Of a DNA stretch of 64,000 nucleotides, positions 26,086-34,481 are shown piece by piece. This DNA is from Candidatus Cloacimonadales bacterium (GTDB taxonomy: Bacteria > Cloacimonadota > Cloacimonadia > Cloacimonadales > JAIOQZ01). The first letter of the stretch is position 1; every line of letters begins with the position of its first letter. Made by a program: the position numbers and the translations under genes. The notes beneath the pieces are model-generated. The model was not told the DNA's origin, did no database searches, and was given only the letters and a program-made list of their open reading frames with translations. The DNA is taken from NCBI GenBank assembly GCA_963665815.1, contig OY762463.1, positions 640,001 through 704,000 on the forward strand, written 5' to 3'.

Positions 26086-27717
26086 TTACTTCAACAGCAT
26101 CAGTTTTTGATGCAATATCTTCTTCCCGGCTTTTAGAACAGCAAAGTATACTCCGGATGAAACAGACTTACCTTCATCTGATCTGCCTTTCCAGATTGCT
26201 GAGTATTCTCCCGGTGCATGGTTTTCATTGACCAGACTTCTTACTTTCTGGCCTTTGATGTTGTATATAGCCAATTCAGTTTTCCCTTCTTCCGCAATAC
26301 TGTAGCTCAGATTCGTTTCCGGATTAAACGGATTAGGATAAGCACCAATAAGTTCTGTACTGAACTTAACTACATTGTTTTCATTAGTTCCTGTCAGTTG
26401 ATCAAGAACAACATCAATTGTATCACATGTTCCGGGGTCAACTACATTACCCAAAGATGTAAATGGGGTACATCCATCTCGAGTAACAGTTACGTCATAG
26501 GTGCCCGGTCTCATATCCCGCAGAGTAATCTGATCATAATGATGAGGGAATGAGTAGTCCTGTGCTCCGGTTAAATTGATCTGCATATTGTCGTAAACAT
26601 TATCGAAAGTTGATATAGCAAGGTGGATTCGGCAGTTTCGCATAAGCTGGAAATCTACAACAGTTACAGAATCATCAGCTATGAATATGCTATCTGCAAC
26701 ATCCGCACAATGCAGGATATCTAAGACATGTACATCATAAAAACCTTCCTGAACCTGAACTAAGCAATAGTTTCCAAGAGAGTCTGTACTTGTCTGATAT
26801 AATAATCCCGATAGATTTACTGTACAGAATACTGGAATTCCTCTATCATCAACAATGTTACCGGTAATTATTCCACCACGTGATACAGGAATAGCAACAT
26901 CAGTAATTGAGCCGGTACTGACTATAACATTATCATAAAGCTCAATTCTATATCCATTTTGTGCAATTTCAAGTTCATAAACACCAGGGCTGATATTCTG
27001 AAAACTGAAAAATCCGGTTGAATCTGTAATGCATGATTCTCCCGTTTGAATTATGGTTACATTAAGATCAGTGTATGCACCTCCATCAGTATCTGTAATC
27101 ACTCCGGTAATCGATCCGGGCATTATGACACCAGCAGAATAAATGCTGGCACTATCAAAATAGAAATCAGCACCATAATCAGAAACTCCACGAACTCTGA
27201 TATATATACTCTGCCCTGAATACTGTGCCAGAGAAATAGTTTCAGTTATGAAAGCCGGTGGAAACATATCGTTGGGATCAGAATCAAAAGTAGAACCAAT
27301 CTGAGACCACAAGGTTGTCCAAGTTGAATTATCTGTGGAAACTTCTACATACCCGGCTTCTGCTGGTGCAGTTATCCAATAATTATGTCCCCACTCAAAA
27401 CTTAATTCCATTACATCACTTGCGGGAAGATTGATTACATCGGATGTAATGATAGCTTCAGTACCGCTTGCCCAGTTGAAAAAATCACAATAGACATGGT
27501 TTAGCCTTGCCATATGCTGCCAATTGCCAGTTCCCGATAATGTCCAGAAATTTGTATCGAAAGTTGAAAAATCATCTGACCAGGGAAAAGTATCAACGCT
27601 TCTGGTCTCCTCCATTGAAATGTTAAATTGTCTGCTGTCGCCCTGAGTTTCTGATGCATTAAGCATCAGAGAAAATGCAAATAGGACCACACAGACAAAA
27701 ATTACTTTTTGTCGCAT
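26086..27717 (-). CDS. Exported protein: jelly-roll domain, carboxypeptidase-regulatory-like repeats and FlgD-Ig/T9SS-type C-terminal domain
   Basis: Signal peptide; GSITGVITD...TDSTGFFSF...PGVYEL-type repeats; AYPNPFNPETNLSY...SSGVYF. Confidence 0.8.
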   Translation of the reverse strand: MRQKVIFVCVVLFAFSLMLNASETQGDSRQFNISMEETRSVDTFPWSDDFSTFDTNFWTLSGTGNWQHMARLNHVYCDFFNWASGTEAIITSDVINLPASDVMELSFEWGHNYWITAPAEAGYVEVSTDNSTWTTLWSQIGSTFDSDPNDMFPPAFITETISLAQYSGQSIYIRVRGVSDYGADFYFDSASIYSAGVIMPGSITGVITDTDGGAYTDLNVTIIQTGESCITDSTGFFSFQNISPGVYELEIAQNGYRIELYDNVIVSTGSITDVAIPVSRGGIITGNIVDDRGIPVFCTVNLSGLLYQTSTDSLGNYCLVQVQEGFYDVHVLDILHCADVADSIFIADDSVTVVDFQLMRNCRIHLAISTFDNVYDNMQINLTGAQDYSFPHHYDQITLRDMRPGTYDVTVTRDGCTPFTSLGNVVDPGTCDTIDVVLDQLTGTNENNVVKFSTELIGAYPNPFNPETNLSYSIAEEGKTELAIYNIKGQKVRSLVNENHAPGEYSAIWKGRSDEGKSVSSGVYFAVLKAGKKILHQKLMLLK

Positions 27718-27879
27718 AGTATAGCTCCTGTTTTTGTTTTTCCTCCCTCAGATAAACATGCAAATATATAAATGAATTTCAATCAGTGTCAACAGATTTA
27801 ATGAGATAATCAATATTTTTTGGTGTAGTGTATTTATTTAGCCTTGTTTATGAATATACTTACTGCAAAGTTTTGTATT

Positions 27880-29298
27880 TTACTCTGCAAGTCTCCAGCT
27901 TGAATTGATCTCTGTTCCCGGAAAATAGTGTTCAAGAATCCTGGTGTATTTCCAACCTCTTCTCGCAAGATTCAACGCTCCCACCTGACACATGCCTACT
28001 CCATGTCCCGATCCCTTTCCATTTACAAATACTATTCCTTTTCTTCTGTCTATCTCCACCATAAGCAAAGTCGATTTTGCTCCCGGAAAAAGACTTCTTA
28101 TCTTGTATTCACCTTCAATGTTCGTCACACCTTCAGAAGAAACAATACGTAATACTGAAATGCGTCCTGACTTCCCTCTTGTAAGCGGTTCAATTCGACT
28201 GATATCATGTAGGTTCAACTTCTGTTCAATAAATGACAGTTTTACTTCTTCCGACCATTTGAATGCTCTATGCTCCCAACTGAAAGAATCTTCATTTGGA
28301 GAACAGAATACCTTCCTGTTAGATTTTATCCATTTCTCAGCTTCAGCATTTGTTGATAAATCAGGCACACTACCATCCAGTACATCAGATTTACTTGTCA
28401 GATAATCCCGTTTCCCCCCATTCCAGATGAAATCAGAATCTTCTGTTCTTCCGCCACAGCAGCTTGCAAACACAGCATCTGCCACATAGACCGTTCGGCA
28501 TAATATCTCATGTTTTGTGTCATCAACAGCTTTATTAACAAATTCATTCCTTCTTGATAGTCCTCCGAACACTTGACAATGAGTAGTCGAACATAAATCA
28601 ATATATGGCTCTTCATGCTTGGATGCCAGAAGTTTAATCAAGGTCATTGATCTGCTCGCAACTGCTTGAGCTTTCAGTGCTTCCTCCGGTGAGTTAGAAC
28701 CGATCTCGTAAGCGACAACGCTTTTGAGGTATTCTTCTATCTCAATAATGTTAACAAGCTGAAGCTTGCCTTTGTTCGAGTATAATCTGAATTTTCCGGT
28801 ATACTTGTATTTATTTGCAGTAATAGTATCTACTGTAGTAATATTAATCGGAAGCTGCCCAAGAATATCCTTACTATCATCAGATATCTTTACAATATGA
28901 TGGTTTTCTCTGATCGGAGTAATTCCGCATATATCAATTTCATTCTCAAGAGCATAAGCAATAGCTTCGGATTTCGTTCTGAATATCAGAGAATCGTCAT
29001 TGTGGTGACATCTGATAGTAAAATCCTGCCAGGTAACAGGTTTTACATTTACAGTATTTCTAATTGTCCACACTTCTGTTGTATCCTGCTCAACTATTTC
29101 AATATTCATTCTTTCTGTAAAATTGCTTACGAATGGAGAATTATCTTCAAAAACAGATGCATTATCAGATAGCTCAAGAACCATCTCCTTGCTTTCAGCT
29201 ATAAGAACATTGATTATAAGCTTGTTATCTATAATTGCTGCCGCAAAAATTCCGACTGATAGTATATGCAGAAAGAGTATTGTAAAAATTGATTTCAT
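27880..29298 (-). CDS. SpoIID/LytB domain protein (lytic transglycosylase-like)
   Basis: IEEYLKSVVAYE, EALKAQAVASRS, DLCSTTHCQVF, GSGHGVGMCQVGA, ILEHYFPG. Confidence 0.9.
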   Translation of the reverse strand: MKSIFTILFLHILSVGIFAAAIIDNKLIINVLIAESKEMVLELSDNASVFEDNSPFVSNFTERMNIEIVEQDTTEVWTIRNTVNVKPVTWQDFTIRCHHNDDSLIFRTKSEAIAYALENEIDICGITPIRENHHIVKISDDSKDILGQLPINITTVDTITANKYKYTGKFRLYSNKGKLQLVNIIEIEEYLKSVVAYEIGSNSPEEALKAQAVASRSMTLIKLLASKHEEPYIDLCSTTHCQVFGGLSRRNEFVNKAVDDTKHEILCRTVYVADAVFASCCGGRTEDSDFIWNGGKRDYLTSKSDVLDGSVPDLSTNAEAEKWIKSNRKVFCSPNEDSFSWEHRAFKWSEEVKLSFIEQKLNLHDISRIEPLTRGKSGRISVLRIVSSEGVTNIEGEYKIRSLFPGAKSTLLMVEIDRRKGIVFVNGKGSGHGVGMCQVGALNLARRGWKYTRILEHYFPGTEINSSWRLAE

Positions 29299-29305
29299 AA
29301 TAATT

Positions 29306-29333
29306 AAAAAAGGCTGGTACTCAAATACCAGCC
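29306..29333 (-). terminator. Intrinsic terminator after metG
   Basis: GGCTGGTA-N6-TACCAGCC plus a T6 tract on the minus strand. Confidence 0.7.
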
Positions 29334-29343
29334 AAAAAATAAA

Positions 29344-31362
29344 TCAGGATACGTCTGATCCGTCTTTTAAATCTTTATCAGGTACTAATAATGAAAGAAC
29401 ACCATCATTTTCTGCTGCAAGAATCATTCCCTGTGATTCAACTCCCATCATTTTTCTTGGTTTAAGATTCAATAGCATTGTTACTGTTTTTCCAACCAGA
29501 TCATCCGGTGAATAATGATTGGATATACCTGACATAACTGTTCTCTGAACATTACCGCACTGAATCTGAAGTTTAAGCAGCTTCTTTGATTTCTTAACTT
29601 TCTCTGCTGATAAAATCTTAACGAGTTTAATATCAAGCTTCATAAAATCATCGAATTCTATTTCCGGTTTAATTTCAATTTCCGGAGCTGGTTCTGCAGC
29701 TTTTGATTTTTCTTCAAGAATTTCTATCTGTTTCTGAATTTCCTCATCAGTAATTTTTGGGAAAAGAGGTTGCTGAACACTGAATGTATATCCATCCGGT
29801 GTGTTTGATAAATCATTCCATATAAAGTCATTGCTGAGTCCAAGCATATCTCTCAGAGCTTTCATTTTAACAGGAAGTACAGGAGAAAAAACTATTGATA
29901 CAGTTCTGAGAATTTCTGCACAGATATAGAGTATATCATTAGTTTCATCTTTCGATTCCTTAACCTTTTTCCAAGGCTGCTGTTCGTCAAAAAACTTGTT
30001 TCCAAGTCTTGCAATATCCATAATTGTATTTACTGCTTTCCTTACTCTGTAATTTGCAAAACAGTCTTTAACTTCAGAAGTCATTGTATCTATTTTTTCA
30101 AAAAGTTCTTTGTAACTATCAAGATTTTCAGGTTTAATAATATCTGAATCAAAATACTTCTTCGCGAAAACAAGAACTCTGTTAATGAGGTTACCCAGTA
30201 CATTAGCTAAATCGGTATTTACTCTGTTCTGGAAATCAGTCCAGTAGAAATCACAGTCTTTAGTTTCGGGGGCATTGGCAGCCAGAACATATCTGAGAAG
30301 TTCGCCATCAAAGTATTCCAGAAATTCATCCACCCAGATAGCCCAGTTTCTACTTGTTGAAAGCTGCTTTCCTTCCAGATTAAGATATTCGTTTGCAGGA
30401 ACATCATGAGGAAGGATGTATTTCTTTTCCTGTTCCATTACCATAGCAGGCCAGATAATAGTATGGAAAGGGATATTGTCTTTACCAATAAAGTGTATCA
30501 GCTTTGTATTCTGATCGAACCAGTAGTCTTTCCATTTGTCAGAATTTCCCTGGGCTTCAGCCCATTCTATTGTTGAAGATATGTAACCGATAGGTGCATC
30601 AAACCAGACATAAAGAACTTTGCCTTCAGCATCTTCTACAGGTAAAGGAACACCCCAGTTGATATCTCTTGTGATTGCACGTTTTCTGAGTCCGTCATTA
30701 AGCCAACCCATAATAAACTTATGGACGTTGTCTTTCCAGTATGTTTTTGTTTCAAGCCATTCTCGTAAATGAGGTTCAAATTTAGGAAGGTCAAGGAACC
30801 AGTGCTTTGTCTCTTTAATAACAGGAGTATTACCGCACAGTTTACATTTTGGTTCTTTAAGTTCCAGTGCATCAATTAGTTTTCCACAATGATCACATTG
30901 ATCACCTCGAGCACCTTCTTCATTACAGAAAGGACAAATCCCTTCAACATACCTGTCTGCGAGAAAACGTTTATCATGCTCGCAGTAAAACTGAGTAATA
31001 ACTTCAGTATCTATAAAACCTTTTGTCAGCAAAGTTGAGAAGAATTCCTGAGCAAGTTTGTGGTGCTGTGGTCTGGCAGTTCCGGAAAAGTTATCAAAAC
31101 AAAAGTTAAGACCTTCAAAACTCTTCTTAATGCTTTCATGGTAGAAATCAACAATTTTCTGGGGTTCAGTTCCTTCTGCATCAGCTTTGATAGATATTGG
31201 AGCACCGTGTTCGTCAGTACCGCAAATGTAAATTACGTCATTCTCAATAAGTTTTTGAAATCTGACAAAAATATCTGCAGGTAGATAGGCTCCTGCAACA
31301 TGTCCTATATGAAGTTTACCGTTAGCATACGGCAGTGCACTTGTTACTAAATATTTTTCCAT
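29344..31362 (-). CDS. metG: Methionine--tRNA ligase with C-terminal tRNA-binding domain
   Basis: PYANGKLHIGH, GTDEHG, zinc knuckles, LYVWFDA, QLSTS (KMSKS equivalent), GVESQGMIL. Confidence 0.97.
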   Translation of the reverse strand: MEKYLVTSALPYANGKLHIGHVAGAYLPADIFVRFQKLIENDVIYICGTDEHGAPISIKADAEGTEPQKIVDFYHESIKKSFEGLNFCFDNFSGTARPQHHKLAQEFFSTLLTKGFIDTEVITQFYCEHDKRFLADRYVEGICPFCNEEGARGDQCDHCGKLIDALELKEPKCKLCGNTPVIKETKHWFLDLPKFEPHLREWLETKTYWKDNVHKFIMGWLNDGLRKRAITRDINWGVPLPVEDAEGKVLYVWFDAPIGYISSTIEWAEAQGNSDKWKDYWFDQNTKLIHFIGKDNIPFHTIIWPAMVMEQEKKYILPHDVPANEYLNLEGKQLSTSRNWAIWVDEFLEYFDGELLRYVLAANAPETKDCDFYWTDFQNRVNTDLANVLGNLINRVLVFAKKYFDSDIIKPENLDSYKELFEKIDTMTSEVKDCFANYRVRKAVNTIMDIARLGNKFFDEQQPWKKVKESKDETNDILYICAEILRTVSIVFSPVLPVKMKALRDMLGLSNDFIWNDLSNTPDGYTFSVQQPLFPKITDEEIQKQIEILEEKSKAAEPAPEIEIKPEIEFDDFMKLDIKLVKILSAEKVKKSKKLLKLQIQCGNVQRTVMSGISNHYSPDDLVGKTVTMLLNLKPRKMMGVESQGMILAAENDGVLSLLVPDKDLKDGSDVS

Positions 31363-31373
31363 CTTAAATCCTC

Positions 31374-31400
31374 AAAAAAAATAGCCTGCAAAGCGCAGGC
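31374..31400 (-). terminator. Terminator-like hairpin between the response regulator and metG
   Basis: GCCTGC-GCTTT-GCAGGC-TA-T8 on the minus strand. Confidence 0.55.
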
Positions 31401-31420
31401 ATTTAAAATATTTCTGCGTT

Positions 31421-31798
31421 TTACGCCTGTTGTTTGTAGCTCATTATAATTTTGTGTAAATCTTTGAATGAATATGGTTTTGGTATAATTTCGTTGAATC
31501 CCATGCTTTTATATTCATCAATATCAGAGTCTGTAATCATTCCGGAAGAAAGAATTGATATAAAATTATCGTCAATCTTCTTTAACTCGTTGAATACTTC
31601 AATACCAGTATTATACTCAAGATTCATATCAAAAATTATCAGCCAGATATTTTCCTGATCATTTTTATAAACATCAATAGCCTGTTCCATATCTTCAGCA
31701 GACAGTACTGAGACTCCAAATACTGAAAGTAATTCTTTAGTTAAATCAACCAGAGTTGGATCATCATCAATCAACAATATACTTTTTTTATTCTCCAT
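31421..31798 (-). CDS. Single-domain response regulator (CheY-like)
   Basis: LLIDDD, FDMNL (phospho-Asp), SSG, IPKPY. Confidence 0.88.
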   Translation of the reverse strand: MENKKSILLIDDDPTLVDLTKELLSVFGVSVLSAEDMEQAIDVYKNDQENIWLIIFDMNLEYNTGIEVFNELKKIDDNFISILSSGMITDSDIDEYKSMGFNEIIPKPYSFKDLHKIIMSYKQQA

Positions 31799-32969
31799 AA
31801 TACCTGTCTTCAATGTATTTCTTGTGCAGTGTCTTTACTGCGTTATTATAACTATCGGTTTCAATGAAAAAACGAAATCCTGTTTGAATTCTGTCAAACA
31901 TTATTACTTTAACATTTAAAATATCAAAATCTGTGAGTATGTCCGACAATAAATCAAAGTCATCCTTTATTCTGTATCCGCTTATGCAGATCAATGATAA
32001 ATTAGACGCTTTTTCATTAAAATCCAAACTAAATTTTTCAATGATTCGTAGCAACTTATTTTTAAATGAATTTGAGATTATCACCTCAAGCCCATTATCC
32101 TGACTGAATCTGGATTCTTCTGTAGATATCTTATTCAACTCACGTAGAATGATATTTCTGCTGTTGTAAGGTTTCAATGTGTAATATATAAGATCAGTTT
32201 TCCCTGTTATACCAACAATTTTCTGTTCTTGCATTTCTTCTCCATGAAATATCTGAGTTCCCGGTTTAAATGTATAGGAAGACTTTACTTCAACCGGAAT
32301 TTTATATTGAATAGCAAATTCCAATGCCCTGGAGTGTAATACTCCTGCTCCGCAGTTTGCCAGATCAAGAACAACACTGCTTTCAGCAGAATCAAGTTTG
32401 ACAGCCCTATCAGTTATTCGGGGATCAATTGTAAAAACTCCGTCTACATCAGTAAAAATCTCACAGGAATCCGCATTCAGGTAACATGCCAGAGCTACTG
32501 CAGTTGTATCCGAGCCACCTCTTCCAAGAGTAGTAACTTCCTTTAATCCGCTTACACCCTGAAAACCGGCAACAATAACTATTTTACTGTTCTTGAGTTC
32601 CTCTCTTATACGAAATGCACTAACATTCAGAATTTTTGCATTCCCATGATTATTGCATGTAATGATTCCACTTTGTGAACCGGTAAAAGAAATTGACTCC
32701 AGCCCATGCTCGTGTAATGCAAGAGCAAGGAGTGACATACTTATACGCTCTCCTGCGGTCATCAGCATATCAAGTTCCCTGTCAGAGGGATTTGCAGAAA
32801 TACTCTCAGCCATATCCAGCAGCTTATTTGTAGTATCACCCATTGCAGATACTACTATAACCATCTGATCTTCTTTGGAAAAATCAGATGCCAGTTTATC
32901 AGCTATGTTTTTTATCTTATTGATATCAGCCAGAGATGTTCCGCCAAACTTCTTTACTATTAAACTCAT
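31788..32969 (-). CDS. lysC: Aspartate kinase
   Basis: KKFGGTS, VVSAMG, AGFQG, TTLGRGGSDTTA, FTDVDGVFTIDPR. Confidence 0.93.
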   Translation of the reverse strand: MSLIVKKFGGTSLADINKIKNIADKLASDFSKEDQMVIVVSAMGDTTNKLLDMAESISANPSDRELDMLMTAGERISMSLLALALHEHGLESISFTGSQSGIITCNNHGNAKILNVSAFRIREELKNSKIVIVAGFQGVSGLKEVTTLGRGGSDTTAVALACYLNADSCEIFTDVDGVFTIDPRITDRAVKLDSAESSVVLDLANCGAGVLHSRALEFAIQYKIPVEVKSSYTFKPGTQIFHGEEMQEQKIVGITGKTDLIYYTLKPYNSRNIILRELNKISTEESRFSQDNGLEVIISNSFKNKLLRIIEKFSLDFNEKASNLSLICISGYRIKDDFDLLSDILTDFDILNVKVIMFDRIQTGFRFFIETDSYNNAVKTLHKKYIEDRYYGE

Positions 32970-33119
32970 AAGCCTATCTGCAAAGAAGTGTAAAGAATGT
33001 CAAGATTTATCAAGCAATAGAGACTTTGCATAGTTTTAAGAAGTTGATAAAATTCCTGTATTCAATTGAAATCTGTTACCTGAAACTACAGTTTTACTCC
33101 AGATAGAAACAAATGATCC

Positions 33120-34271
33120 CTATGTATGCTTTGGTTCGGTTGTAAATATACTGTCTGCGAATGATTTGTTCATTCGTATCAGGTTTTCATAATTACTGAT
33201 TGAACTCTTTCCATGTTTTTTAGCATCTTTGAGAGCATAATCTGCATTCTTAATCATTTCGTCAACGGAATCAGGCAAGCCAATACAAGAATCTGTCAGC
33301 CCAATACTTACTGTCATCTGAATAATACCGCGGTCCGTAGCTATGATAGAGTCTTCAATCTTTGTGTTAATCTTATCAGCAACAAGTTGAGCATTAGCTA
33401 TAGATGTATTAGGCAAAACAATGAGGAATTCTTTACTCGAATATCGACCAAAAATATCCATTCTCCTGATATTCTGCTGAATAATCAGCGAAACCTGTTG
33501 TAAAATCTGATCTCCGATCAGGTGACCATACGTATCGTTAATAAAACTGAAATTATCTATATCCAGCAGCATGCAGGAAAGATTTATACCGTATCTCTGG
33601 GTCTTACTGAATTCCTTCAGAAACATATCGAGAACAAATCTTCGATTGTATATTTTTGTGAGATAATCATGAGTTGCCAGCATGAATAACTCTTCGTTCT
33701 TCTGCGACAGAACAGCATTTTTCTTTTTCAGTTGACTGTTAAGCTGCTTGAGTTTATTGCGCTGTTTTCTTACTTCTGAGTATAATTCTTTCAGCAGGTT
33801 ATTTTTAACAGAATGAGAAATTTCAGTATATTTAGTATCGAAGACAATTTCTGAAACAGCCTCAAAAATATTCTCATTAATCTGAGGTACGATATCAATA
33901 ATTACTGCCAGATTATCATAATCGATAAGAACAAGCTCTGCTTCTTCATGACACACTATTTCATCGGTAACAATCTCCCTGTTAAAATAACCAAGTTCAC
34001 CAGTAAAACTATTAGCTGATCGCTCTAATCTCAACTCTCTGAACTTTCCATCTCCTGAATCATTATCTGAGACAGAACAATGTACTGAGATTAATCCGTT
34101 AACAACAAGTATTAATTCGACATCACTTAGTGACTCTTTTTTAAGCTTTTCTCCGGCATCTAACTTTACGGAAGTAAACATATCATCAGTTAAATCAATC
34201 AAATCACTTTGTTCAATACCATGGAACAGGAGATTGCGGATTATCTTATCGGCATATTTTGCTGAAATCAT
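33120..34271 (-). CDS. cNMP-binding-like domain, coiled coil and degenerate GGDEF domain
   Basis: FTGELGYF cNMP-like motif; HDYLTKIYNRR, LDIDNF..INDTYGHLIGD, active-site position reads RYSSKEF. Confidence 0.85.
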   Translation of the reverse strand: MISAKYADKIIRNLLFHGIEQSDLIDLTDDMFTSVKLDAGEKLKKESLSDVELILVVNGLISVHCSVSDNDSGDGKFRELRLERSANSFTGELGYFNREIVTDEIVCHEEAELVLIDYDNLAVIIDIVPQINENIFEAVSEIVFDTKYTEISHSVKNNLLKELYSEVRKQRNKLKQLNSQLKKKNAVLSQKNEELFMLATHDYLTKIYNRRFVLDMFLKEFSKTQRYGINLSCMLLDIDNFSFINDTYGHLIGDQILQQVSLIIQQNIRRMDIFGRYSSKEFLIVLPNTSIANAQLVADKINTKIEDSIIATDRGIIQMTVSIGLTDSCIGLPDSVDEMIKNADYALKDAKKHGKSSISNYENLIRMNKSFADSIFTTEPKHT

Positions 34272-34481
34272 ACATACCTCATTATTAAGTATTTTACACT
34301 ATAAATATACTTGATATTTGCTTCATGTAAATAAAAAGATTTTAAAATGTGTTGTCAATCTTATATATTATTTTATATATTACTTTCTTTAAAGAGACTT
34401 TTGCATAATTTTGATTAGTTGATTCGATTTTGGAAATCATCTTGCAATGGTCTTCTATAACTGGAAACTCAGGAGATTCTT

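Noticed and set aside
31363-33119. T-box or SAM leader for metG, or lysine riboswitch for lysC
   Set aside because: The intergenic spaces (58 bp and 150 bp) lack the recognisable conserved motifs
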